In this document: one piece after another, positions 14,153-25,702 of the stretch
Position numbering within the stretch: position 1 is the first letter of the stretch
Layout of the letters: each line of letters starts with the position of its first letter
Source of the DNA: Chrysomallon squamiferum
Lineage: Eukaryota > Animalia > Mollusca
Length of the DNA: 64,000 nucleotides
Assembly (NCBI GenBank): GCA_012295275.1
Contig: CM022676.1
Location: forward strand, 15,252,001 to 15,316,000
Direction: 5' to 3'
Translations under genes and position numbers: made by a program
Notes under the pieces: generated by a model
The model's input: the letters and a program-made list of their open reading frames with translations, nothing else
Database searches by the model: none
Told to the model about the DNA's origin: nothing

Positions 14153-15087
14153 AATAATAAAGATTATATAATCTATGGCAACATTTCAGATATTATCAGT
14201 TGTTTTCTGGGTCAGTAATGAATAATAAAAACATTATCCTAAGTCTAAATCAAAAATCTTATACTGAATGTATATGTTATAATCAGTTTTGAGTTTGGCT
14301 AAAAGTAAAGACTTGAACAGTAAAATTTAAACTATTCTGATTATTTTGTTGCAGCAACAAACCATCATTGTAAACGATGTGGTGGTGAGATTGCTGCTGT
14401 TGCTAACAATGTCTGTGGTGTTGGTGTCGCTCACAGGACAGGAATTTCATGTATGAATTAAATATTTAATGTATAAAACGTAAAGGGATAGATATAGATG
14501 TAGTTAAGTTGTATAAAAGTTCTCACGGGAAGAAAAATATAATGACAAATAATATGTCTCTCGGTTAACCTCTCCTTTGTTGTATGCGCATGCACACATA
14601 CAAAAACATTCATACATTCACACAGAACTGTTCTCTTCGACGTTACTTTCCATTATTGTAGAGCTGGCTTACGTCCAAATAATACAATCCAAAATAATAC
14701 AATACAAAATGTCTGACGGCAGTGACTAAAATGAAACATGAAACAGAGAAATAAATAAGTAAATAATAATAAATAATAATAATAATTATAAAAAATTATA
14801 AATATAATAATAATTATAGAAATGTGTTTAGAGTCCATGAATCAAATACCGTAAATACAGAAAATAAGTTTTGAGTTTAAATTTTAATACAACTCGACTT
14901 GTTCTTCTTGAAACGTGTTAGGTGAAGGGTGACGCCGGTGCGTGATATGACATATAGATACATTTTATATGTCTGTAAGTGACCTTTGACATTGTGTATA
15001 CCAGGTTACAGCAGTTACATGCACCATGCATATTTACTGTCATCGTCTTCACAGTTAACGCACATTTCTGATGGTATGATTTAAATT

Positions 15088-15665
15088 CTATTTAAAAGTA
15101 TAGGTTTGCGTATTTACAAGGGGGAGGGAGTGATTTGGAGAGGTGTAACAGAATTCAGGAGGTTCTGGCTGAGGAGAATGGATTTCATCAGTCGTATTGT
15201 AAGACTCCGCGTGGTTCGGAATAAACACGCTGTTGACTTCTCTCTCAGACAGAGGGTTAAATCTTCCCTTTCTCTGTGGCTTTAAGAGACGAAACACAGC
15301 TGTTAGTTTTGACACGTGTCTGCTGCTACAGAAGTTCTTCATAAACCTTTTCTCCTGATTTCTGGAAGGAAAAACGTTTATATTGGATATTATAAATGAC
15401 ATTACACGACATAATTTTTGTTTTGTATATTTTATTTCTAGTGTGTGACCAACGTTCGCGATACACCTTTCACACGCTGCACATAAACTAGACAAAACAA
15501 AATTTCTGTCGCGTAATATCATTTGTAATATCCAATATAAACGTTTTTGCTTACACAAAGAGAGATAAAAGATATGTAAACTTTTGATTGATACTAAATG
15601 CTTCTTTCACAAGACGAGGTAAGTTTCGTACAACAAGGCAAAGAAAATACTTGACATGTTCCGTT
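15088..15665 (-). pseudogene. Degenerate Zn-finger-like coding relic, possibly the N-terminus of a Chapaev/Transib/RAG1-like transposase
   Basis: Across a stop and a frameshift: EHVKYFLCLV...KTFILDITND / RNFVLSSLCAACERCIAN ... RHVSKLTAVFRLLKPQRKGR. This resembles the recalled H..CxxC...F.ID...D...P..LCxxC...H...C..C....KG(G)R pattern, but several Cys are lost. Confidence 0.3.
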
Positions 15666-15818
15666 CATAGAATTTTGTTCAGATTCGACCTCGAATAGAA
15701 AACAGATCAAGGATTCAAAACTCACTAAGAATAGCGGACAATAAATACAAATGCTTTGGAGAATCTAATAGTAATGTAGCACAAACATACGCAGGTGCGC
15801 ATAACCGACTGCAGTAAA

Positions 15819-15895
<77 letters not shown>

Positions 15896-16595
15896 CTATA
15901 CAAACGTAAATGTCTCTTATAGAGAGTTCTTGACCTGTAAATAAATGGCTTTAACAATTCTCTCTATCTATATAACCTATACAAACGTAAATATTTGTTA
16001 TGGAGAGTTCATGACCTGTAAAGTTATACAATGATAAAACAAAAAATGGCTGTAACTACTGTATATAAAATTTTATATGTTTTAAACTGACAAAAGAATT
16101 GTGAATACCGGCATTTAGTCAGTGTGTCTTTGTTTAGTATGTCTGTGATTTCAGACACACAGCGCATTAACAGTTAATTATTGTGTCTGTCTACGAGAAA
16201 TCCAAAGTTCAGTCAAACGACACATTAGTGAAGTAGCCGAAATTCAGTTTCAGTGAACAGTAACATCGTACCTTGATCCTTCCTAGACATAGAGTTTGTC
16301 ATATTTATCTTTGAAGCTTTGTGTTTCATTAGACATATTTCGTTTCCGTATGTTAACTATAGATATTGTATTAACACACTAATTTATACAAATCAAATTT
16401 AAACATTAATATCATTTTAATTTTTATACACATACATGTCTATCGTTTTTATATATATGTATATGTATGTGAATATACTCAGCCTGGCGATCACACCTGA
16501 AAATACTCAGAAACTTACACGCACACAATCATAACACAAACACGCACACACACACACACATTCCGAGCCAGAGCCTGAACTCTAAGCTCAACGTG

Positions 16596-16605
16596 GAAAC
16601 CGAAA
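16596..16605. promoter_or_regulatory. ISRE/IRF-E-like motif GAAACCGAAA
   Basis: Exact GAAANNGAAA match upstream (minus-strand sense) of the SRCR gene; a short motif that could arise by chance in AT-rich DNA. Confidence 0.25.
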
Positions 16606-17194
16606 ACAGAAAATTTCTGCGGATGTCGATGAAAACAGAGAAATCGATTGAAAAATAGAAGTCCACGGACAGGAAAAAATTGAAAGCTGATTTACTTTGT
16701 CACACTGAACTCGCCATATCTTCACCACAAATTAACGGAACTTTACAATTTAAAAATTGCCTTTAAAATTTCGTCATCGCGTACTTTCCTGTAAAATAGT
16801 ATTACTGATGGTCAAACAGAACTTTATGTATTAGCATATACGGGTAGTTAATGACAGCTTATTAACTGATGATAATTACTCAAACATATCTATCTAATTA
16901 TTTGTCGTTCTTTTGTCTTTTCTCTAATTTATATATAAAGACTAGATAATTTCAAGGTGTTATATATATATATATATTAATCCGTTAATAAAATATCTGT
17001 AGTTAATATACGTAATAGAAATGCACCTAACAAAACAAATATTTCATATACAGTGTGTGTGAGTGTGTGTGTATATATTTATGTTTACACTTGCATCCAT
17101 TCATCCATGAATATTATAATCAAGGATAAAAACAAATCGTTTCTTGTTATATTGTTTCAGTGTGTTATTAACGAGTTTTAGTTACTTCACGATA

Positions 17195-17840
17195 TAAAGG
17201 TGCCTATTTCTAATAATATCTTTTTTGTTTAAAGTTACCACATACAGTTCTAATAACACGTTTTTATTTAATGTTGCTCTACATATTCCTAATATGACAT
17301 TTGTGTTTAAGTTTCACTGTATGTTTCTCATAATAAGTTTTTGTTTAAAGTTATCGTGTATATTTTCTACTTATACGTTTTTGTTTAAAGTTACCCTGTA
17401 TATGTTCTAATTTTTAAATTTATCGTGTATAGTTTTCTAATAATACGTGCTTTGTTCAGTCATTCCTGTTTTTGGTTTCTTTTTTCTTTTGTTTCTAATA
17501 ATATGTGTTAGTTTAAAGTTGTTCTAGCATATTTCCATTAATGCGTTGTTGTTTAAAGATATACTGTATATTTTCTAATAATACGTTTGTTTTTTTTTCT
17601 TTTAAATTACCATTTCTATTTTCTAATAAGACGCTTTTGTTTGAAGTTTCAACGCATATGTTTAATAGTACGTGTTTTTGTTTAAAGCCATCCTGTATAT
17701 TTTCTAATAATACGTTTTCATTTAAAGTTATTTCATATATTTTCTACTTATAAGTTTTTGTTTAAACTTATCCTGAATATATTCCAAAAATACGTCCTTG
17801 TTTAAAGGTTCACTGCGTATTTCTAATAAAACGTTTATTT
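17195..17840. repeat. Degenerate ~39-40-bp minisatellite
   Basis: Unit approximately tttttgtttaaagttatcctgtatattttctaataatacg, repeated about 15 times. Confidence 0.85.
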
Positions 17841-18909
17841 ATCTTTTAAATGATGTAGTTGTAGATTATTATGAAGAGAAATGTGTCATACAGATATACG
17901 TGTAACATATAACTGATTTTACTAAACTAATTGAGTATCACTGTATAGACCGGTTTTCACCAGTGATTTGACAGCTACAACATGTTACAGTTATGTTTAC
18001 AGACATATTAAGACTGTCTAAGGTTATAATAAGTTCGGATGTAATTGAGTCTTTAGTTGATTGTTCTGACGTCCGCTAGATGAGGTGATATTTAAATAGC
18101 ATCGACTTGAAGACGATAGTCATGCGAGAAGCACAACTGGATTAAGAAGGACAGAACATTTTGTAAATTTGATTGTTGTAGAAATGTTTAGGACATGTTG
18201 CTGTTACAGGCACATTTAGGTGAGATGTCGTTACACAACTCTTGTAGTAAGTAAAGAAAGGAAATTTGTTATAATGCTCATCACTGAGTTTTTATTTTTA
18301 TTTTATTGTATGCTATTTTATTTATTTTCAATTGTATTTTGCTATGACGACAAACAATAAAACTATAAACATGTTTGCTGGACTGCATTATGTTCGGTGG
18401 ATAATAATCTAGTCTCTTTTTAAAAAAGTATTGTTCTGTGCGATAGTAACTCATCATCATTATAATTTACTGTCCTCAAGAAGATATCAAGTCACAGAGT
18501 TTAGTGAATGTGTCCGCACAAAAAATCAACGCCACACATTTTTGTTACTAGACTTTGTTTAATGAGAATCTTACTAGACATACTTAATCACAATTCTATT
18601 AGATATATTTTAAGCAGAATCATAATAGACACAGTTAGTCACAATTTTACTGGACTGTAATTGTAGCTCATAAAATATACCAACAAACACTGTATACTAC
18701 ATATATTGTCCTGATGTAAACATAACACAAGTATCGAACCCATATATATATGTATATATTTTTAAATGGCTCTAAAGGCGTTCTTGTATGAAAATGAAAA
18801 CATACATATTTAACTAGCTTTGCTGAATAATAAAATTCAATAATGGTGAATAGGTGGGATAATATTTGATCCTATATGCGCATATATGTGTGTATAGGTG
18901 TGTATTTGT

Positions 18910-18940
<31 letters not shown>

Positions 18941-19001
18941 ATAAAAGTGACATAATAAGGTGTTTCGATGTTTTAAGTAAACATATTAATAAAGAGATAT
19001 A

Positions 19002-19066
19002 TTAATTATTTCGTCCATTATCATCGACACCAAGTACTTCATACACATTCGGTTCTGGACTGTTCC
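19002..19066 (-). CDS. Receptor 1 terminal coding exon
   Basis: GNSPEPNVYEVLGVDDNGRNN*; acceptor ttcttgtag. Confidence 0.8.
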
Positions 19067-22000
19067 CTACAAGAAATAATAAAAACATATATATACGTAT
19101 TTATGTTTCGTTTCAAAAACAGTAAGTCATACATTAACAATTAAACGTAGAAGTAACAAACAACAACAACATATTATTAAATAAAGTAATATATACATAC
19201 ATACACGCACGTAAACAAATAAATAATAATAAATATTAAAAAAAACCAGAAGTGACAGAGAGAAAACAATGTCAAACGCGATATACAGCTTTACTTCACC
19301 ATATTCTAATTTACACAGCTATAAAGATAGCAATTGGTTTATGGTGCTTATAAAGGAAGCTGTGATACTGCACAAATATTAGTTTATAAACACTCTGTAT
19401 TTATCACTCACACATATTAAACTTTGCGTATCTGAGGAGATAATATAAATTAGATCTTGTCTCATTAACGTCATGCAAAATAACTCACACGTTCTTAGCC
19501 CAGTATATCAATGACGACTTTTTTATATTATTATTATTCCATTGATCACTACGTTTAGAAGCTTCATTCATTCTTTCCTGATGTCTTAATATGTATTGAA
19601 CGAGCAGAATTTAAACAGCTTTCAGTAAAGTAAGTCTTCAAATAAACATTTAGAAAATATTGCACTTACCAGACTCAAAAACAAGATTGTCGTACGTTCT
19701 AGACCCCTGTTCAGAAACGTTCCTGTGATTTGAAAAAGACACATGTTCTAAGTGGTAGATTTTCAGTTTTAATTATAACATTTGTAGACTACTCACAATT
19801 AAAGATTAAGTGATTTCTTTGTAATAATAGTAATAATAACAAAAAGAGCAATAACAAAAACAATAATAAGAACAATACAGTTATTGATTAACCAATTAAA
19901 ATAAGGTACACATAAGAAACAGAAAAACAAATAATATGTATAAAACATAAAAAAATATAAAAAATATCTATGTAAAAGTAAATTGCTGAATATTGTAACT
20001 GTGAATTGTTGGATAATGACATAACATACATAAATATTTACATATATAATACATAAATAAAGGAAACACTATCATAAAGGCAGACGTCATATACACATTA
20101 CATACAGACAGAAAGAAAAGCACATCTCACATAGAGACATATACACACATCGCATAGAGACATATACACACATCACAGATAGATATACATATATACACAG
20201 ATGCTCATATAAAATACACAAATAAACACACATACAAAGAGAAACAAATAGATTGAAGATATTGGATTCAGCTACAAGACAGGCGGATAGTCTGAACAGA
20301 AAACCGGGATCTAACTTGTGATGCACCGCTTCGTTCACGCTCTTAAAGAAAACTGGGTGGTCAAGATTGGACTTTGAAAGCAGCAAACATCATATCAGAA
20401 AGATCCCCTACTGGTGGATTACCATTACAGAATATGGTTATAAATGTTTAGTATAACACATTCTGGATCTGCAAGGATCAGTTTTCTGACTTCAGAGAAA
20501 GATGTATTAATCAATCAACACATTTAAGATGCGTGGTGTAAAATTCACTAAGATTGACGACGACAGCCCAGTGTTGCCTCGAGAGAGAGAGCCTACGTCC
20601 AGACCAGAATGTGTCATCTCTCCCTAGATTATCAATAAAACATAAATATTTGGACATCAATTGGGAATTACTTACGGTTACATATTCACTGGTTATAGAA
20701 ACTCTGAACTGTGTTCGTTATTTAGAACTCAAAGCTTCATTTCAACCCAAAAATAACCGACTGGAAAGTAACACCTTTGACATTAAAACAGGACAGGATA
20801 TTTTATCAGGAGACTCTTATCGTTTCGTTTCCATAATAAATATATTCATTATTTATAAGTAATAAAAAGTAAATGACTGTTATACATGAACACATATTCA
20901 TCAACACATACACTGTTACAAAAATAATAAAGTATATTAATTCCTACTAAGAGTCAGTGTTACCTTGTTTCATGCACATGTTCATCTTTTGCATTTCCTA
21001 AAAACAAAGATGTTAAACAAAACTTACAGGTACTGAAATAGCAAACACACAAAACAAACAGAAAATACTATAACATGACCTGGCAAAAAAAACCACAACA
21101 TTTATTATATTAAATAATGGTAATTGATAAAAAAGCAATTTTAATTTTATTTTTATTTATCTCAAATTGTTTAACTAATACTCATTTTCCGATCTATCAC
21201 TCTGTCGCACATATACATACAAAGTGGAACACGCACTACGATACACGTATGCACTTTGAAACTTAAACAGAAAGAAAGAAACAGTACAAACTTTTTTTCA
21301 CTCTACGGCACATGAAGACAGTTGCGACAACAAGAAGAGTTAACACGAGAATCCCTGATCCAGATCCAGCAGCGACTGCTATCAAATTTTCATTAGACAC
21401 GCCATCTGAAACAACACTTGTTCATTGGAATACAGATAAGCCATACAAACTAGTAGTATTTGAAACATGTATCAAAATATAGCCTAAAGGTATATGTATT
21501 ACAAAACAGAAAATATACAGAAATAAAGGTTTAAAATACGACAGATGTAAGTAAGGAAATAATGTGAAAATGAGAAGAAACCAATTCTAAGTAAATGAAA
21601 TGTAAGTCTATTAATTAATTTTGTAATGACTCCATCATTTGAAGTGGAATTAATTTTAATTTGATATCCTTAGACAAGTAAATACATTATAAATGTCATA
21701 CTAAATATAATATAATATTTTAAAAATAATCCTGGTAAAAGCTAGTAAAGGAAAACATAAATACAAGAAGATCATCATTATTGTTATAAAGATAATTTAT
21801 ATCCAATATCACATGTACAGTTTGTTTTCAAATGTTCAAATTAAAACAAAAACAATATGGATGCAAAAAAATAATAATAAGAAGAAGAAGAAGAAGAAGA
21901 AGAATACCAAAACAATAAATAAAATTGAGCTTTCAGATAAATACGTATTACAAACAAATAAAACGATATAATATTTACCTCTACAGGAAAAACAACAAGG

Positions 22001-23003
22001 ACATTATAAATGTTATTAGCGATTACTTATAGACAACGCGACGTGTACAATTTGTTTCCAAATATAGAAGTAAAAAATAAATAATTAATGATTTTAGCAA
22101 ATTAAACCACGTAAACTGTTCCACTGTTTATGAAGGCAGAAAACAAATCACATCATGTCATACATAACTCTATTTAAATGTGTTTTACCTCATTATTAAT
22201 ATAGGTACCTGTCATCAAAATAGCTCTCTCAACAGTAAAACCTTTAACTCCGTATTTGTTATAAGCCAAAATCCTCACAAGATACTTCGTGTCTGATTTC
22301 AGAGATGCTATCACTGTTGTATGCGTTGTATGTAAACCACGTTCTAGAAATTTCTCTGTGACGTTGTTCCACTGTGTTGACGTACTTTCTCTGTACTGTA
22401 CAATGAATGTTTCCACGAAGCCGCCGTTAAATTCCTCTGTCCAAGACACTGAGATGGCAGAAGAGCTGATTCTCTTTATGTTCACATTGGAAGGAATCCT
22501 CGGTGGACCTTGTAGGAAAATGACAGTCAGGCTAATTAACGTTGATAAACCTGACCATATTAGAAGAAATAAAAAAGAGTGCGCTAGTGTATGTTTGTAT
22601 GTCTGAACGTGTCTGTGTATGTGTGTCTCCATGTGTGTTTGTGTATATACGTATATACCAGTGTATGTAAGTTGCCTATTTTACGATTACTGATATTCTA
22701 ATGTGTGTAAAAAATTGCAGTTACATTTAACAACAAGCTGCACGCTTTGACTGACATCAGACTTGACGTTGTTTCCTGCTTCACAAGTGTAAAATCCGGT
22801 ATCCAGACATCCAGCTTCATTCCAGCTGTACTCCACTGACTTGGAGTTGTTCACTTCACGTAGAATGTGTGAGTTGTTTAACAGTTTGATGTGAGATGCT
22901 GGATTACTGTCAACTTCACATCTCAGAGTCATCGGAGTCAGCTCATCAACTGTTATCTTTGTAGACTTCGAGTTTAACGTCAAAGATGTAATAGAAGTTT
23001 GGT
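19002..23003 (-). CDS. Ig-FN3-transmembrane receptor (nephrin/CAM-like IgSF) with Tyr-motif tail, 5'-partial (receptor 1)
   Basis: Exons 23003-22725 (Ig), 22508-22209 (FN3), 21405-21292 (TM), 20997-20964, 19722-19670 and 19066-19002 (stop) join in frame with intron phases 1,1,1,2,1. Confidence 0.9.
19670..19722 (-). CDS. Receptor 1 cytoplasmic exon
   Basis: RNVSEQGSRTYDNLVFES; acceptor tcacag, donor gtaagt; homologous to 28846-28895. Confidence 0.85.
20964..20997 (-). CDS. Receptor 1 34-nt cytoplasmic micro-exon
   Basis: RNAKDEHVHET; acceptor tttttag, donor gtaac; same length and phase as paralogue exon 28484-28517. Confidence 0.8.
21292..21405 (-). CDS. Receptor 1 transmembrane exon
   Basis: DGVSNENLIAVAAGSGSGILVLTLLVVATVFMCRRVKK; hydrophobic stretch followed by a basic stop-transfer segment. 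Confidence 0.9.
22209..22508 (-). CDS. Receptor 1 fibronectin type III exon
   Basis: PPRIPSNV...SISVSW-type strand (AISVSWTEEFNGG)...FIVQYR...LKSDTKYLVRILAYNKYG; 300 nt, phase 1-1. Confidence 0.95.
22725..23003 (-). CDS. Receptor 1 immunoglobulin-like exon
   Basis: PMTLRCEVDSNPAS...AGCLDTGFYTCEAGN (B-strand Cys and D-x-G-x-Y-x-C); 279 nt, phase 1-1. Confidence 0.93.
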
Positions 23004-23218
23004 CTGGAATGATAGAAAATATTTACTGCATGTAAATTCACTAACATTTGATCTGCAAGTGAAACCAGTCAAACACTAGTAATTTAATGTTCAGTATCAT
23101 CTCTCGATAACTTATACACAAAGTGCCAGTTGTTTTACTCGAAAATCAGTTATGTATCTTTGTATGTTGTAGAAACATAAACATTGTCTGCAACACATTA
23201 ACTTTTATTTTCACTTAC

Positions 23219-23269
23219 TAGATAATTAGAACAGACGCAGCAAAAAACAACTAAAGCAAATATTTTCAT
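23219..23269 (-). other. Candidate signal-peptide exon (phase mismatch with the Ig exon)
   Basis: ATG...MKIFALVVFCCVCSNYL followed by gtaagt; it ends in phase 0 but the Ig exon needs phase 1. Confidence 0.3.
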
Positions 23270-23746
23270 TATCACTTAATATGTGAACGATATTTATAAA
23301 GACTTGTTCATTTTTTTTTTAGTGGAAGCTCGAGTTACGAACGTCTCGAAGCACAGATTTATCGGAAAACGAATCCTGATCTTGCGCAGTTTTTGTCTCT
23401 GTTGACGAGATACGAACTACAGCGACCCGCCACGACAAGCTTTCTTTTGACGTCAACATCTTGTACAGATAAGAATAGATGCTTACGTCAAAACAGAAGT
23501 CAAATTAGGATAATAGGCATATCCTACAGCAAATATGTATCATAAATCAAGGCCTTTAGTCTTCGATATGCAGTTGCAATTCAATAGCTTTTGGATTGAG
23601 ATTGTGCGGTGGCATTTTTTAAAAAGTGTTTCTGATTTTGTGTGTATGATTCTTATTATAGCCTATTATGCCCAAGAAAACAAAACGTGAAAGCGATAAT
23701 GCTGGTGGAAATTATAAATCTATCATAGAAGAGGTTAACAAGGAAT

Positions 23747-23946
23747 NNNNNNNNNNNNNNNNNNNNNNNNNNNNNNNNNNNNNNNNNNNNNNNNNNNNNN
23801 NNNNNNNNNNNNNNNNNNNNNNNNNNNNNNNNNNNNNNNNNNNNNNNNNNNNNNNNNNNNNNNNNNNNNNNNNNNNNNNNNNNNNNNNNNNNNNNNNNNN
23901 NNNNNNNNNNNNNNNNNNNNNNNNNNNNNNNNNNNNNNNNNNNNNN
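23747..23946. other. Assembly gap (200 N)
   Basis: Run of exactly 200 N. Confidence 1.
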
Positions 23947-24382
23947 ACATGTACATCTTAATGAGACTTCTGTCTGTCTTCTGTTCTTTCTTTACACGCA
24001 TTCTTCTTATATCAGATACAACACTTAATACATACGCAGAAGAAAAGTAATACTAGTAATCAATTATCTATTAATGAACACTGATTTCAGTGCTGTATTT
24101 TTATTGTTTTCAAATGCAGCGAGGGACAACGAGCCACCTTCCTATTGGATCCCATAGAAATTTCACATTGTTCCCTCCATCACTTTCATTATGTTAGCAC
24201 AGTGTACCAGAGAACATAATGGCTGATCGACTACAACTGCATTTAGCAGTGAAAGAAATACTAAATTAAATTAAAACAAATTAATAGTAGAATAGTAGTA
24301 GTTACAGTAAATGTAATATATGTTGTCATCATGGTACTTACTGTATATAGGTATACATGTGTGTACGTATATATATTTTTCA

Positions 24383-24473
24383 GGGTTACAAACACAGGCT
24401 AATAAGATTACCGTAACAGAGGCAGCAACAACAACAACAACGTCGACTCTGTTAGATACATCTGGCTCAAGAA
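24383..24473 (+). CDS. Thr/Ser-rich linker exon (receptor 2; boundaries +/-1 nt)
   Basis: ttttcag then [29 protein letters not shown] then gtaatg; phase 1-1, compatible with the FN3 exon. Confidence 0.6.
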
Positions 24474-25285
24474 GTAATGTATCTACCTAATTTATTTATG
24501 TATCTTTCTCTTTGAATATTAAACATATACGACCACAAATACAAAAGACAAATGTACGTACCACTTCTATAAGAGATTCGGTATCTTTACTACTAAAATT
24601 ATACTTTTTCAATACACAACTGTCAACTAGTGTTTTCTGTGTTCAGAAATAACAACAAACTAATTGTTTTAATTATTAGTTAACATGTTCAGGTCGGATC
24701 ATCTGTGGTATCAGTAAATCTAGACAGTCAGCACCAAATGGAAGCGATTAGTGTATTAATTATAACTTAACTTTTTAATTAAAAATAAAAATAAACATTA
24801 TTGTTGGTATTAAGGTTTGGAAAATAACAAAAAATCTTTACTAATGTGACACTAAGAACACAAAAAATGATTCAGTCAGCAATGATGCAACTTGTGATAT
24901 TTTCATTTGGCACAATTTTTTTTGACAAATTACTGTTAACACTGAAAGAAGGAATACGGACAATTGCTCACTAAAAGCTGATGATTTTTCTCCTTCTTCA
25001 ATAACATTTTATTTTAGGTTGTGGTATGTGTGTGTAGATGGTTCGGTTGCTGTGTGAATCTCATAAATAAATAATCAAATAAAAAGTTAAAATTACCTCT
25101 AAATCAACTATAGAAAGAAAAATATATAATATTGATAATTAAGTGATTTGTGTAATTAACATAACTTTAAAGATGTGCGTTTAGAAATGTTATTAATAAA
25201 AAATCTAAACTAATACACACAAAGAGGCATACATATACACAGACACGCACATAAACAGATAGACACAGATGGATATAATAAATAG

Positions 25286-25540
25286 AGACCTCACTGGGTA
25301 CCAGCATAACTCTGAAAGTTTACGTAATTGTGAATCCAGCCCCTACATTGACATGGTACAAATTAACATATGTTATTACACACAGACTTGGACACGGTAC
25401 ATCGATTACAAAGGAAATGTATGCTTTGGGGTTTTACAGTTTAACAGACATTCAAATCACACACTTTGGGATATATCAAGTTGTAGATTCACATTGATCT
25501 ACTCGGAAAAATCTTGTGAATAATTTCATAGTTTTACTTT
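25286..25540 (+). pseudogene. Degenerate Cys-less I-set Ig exon with an in-frame stop
   Basis: Frame from 25291: SLGTSITLKVYVIVNPAPTLTWYK...LTDIQITHFGIYQVVDSH*STRKNLVNNF; TGA at 25495-25497; no polypyrimidine acceptor. Confidence 0.75.
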
Positions 25541-25702
25541 GCATTTGTCTATTAATTTGACCTTTCAATCACTGTTTGGTTGTTCTTGTTCATTATATTG
25601 TTCTTTTTTGCATTCTTGTTTTCAAATGTACAATTTCGTTATATTTCTGATATCATCATGGTTTTCAACGTCACCTGACCTGACTATCTTTTTGCCTACA
25701 AG

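Noticed and set aside
14355-14450. Insulin B-chain-like spacing (HCKRCGGEIAAVANNVCG) in the phase-1 frame
   Set aside because: No A-chain (CC-x3-C-x8-C) exon or dibasic processing sites were found, and a key Leu is missing; likely chance.
20250-20830. Insertion in a receptor 1 intron (paralogous intron is much shorter), with ORFs 20087..20386 and 20554..20862
   Set aside because: Probably a TE fragment, but no recognisable domain or termini.
24118-24750. Exon-like islands at 24118-24245 and 24693-24750
   Set aside because: They contain stops or incompatible phases and no recognisable domain.
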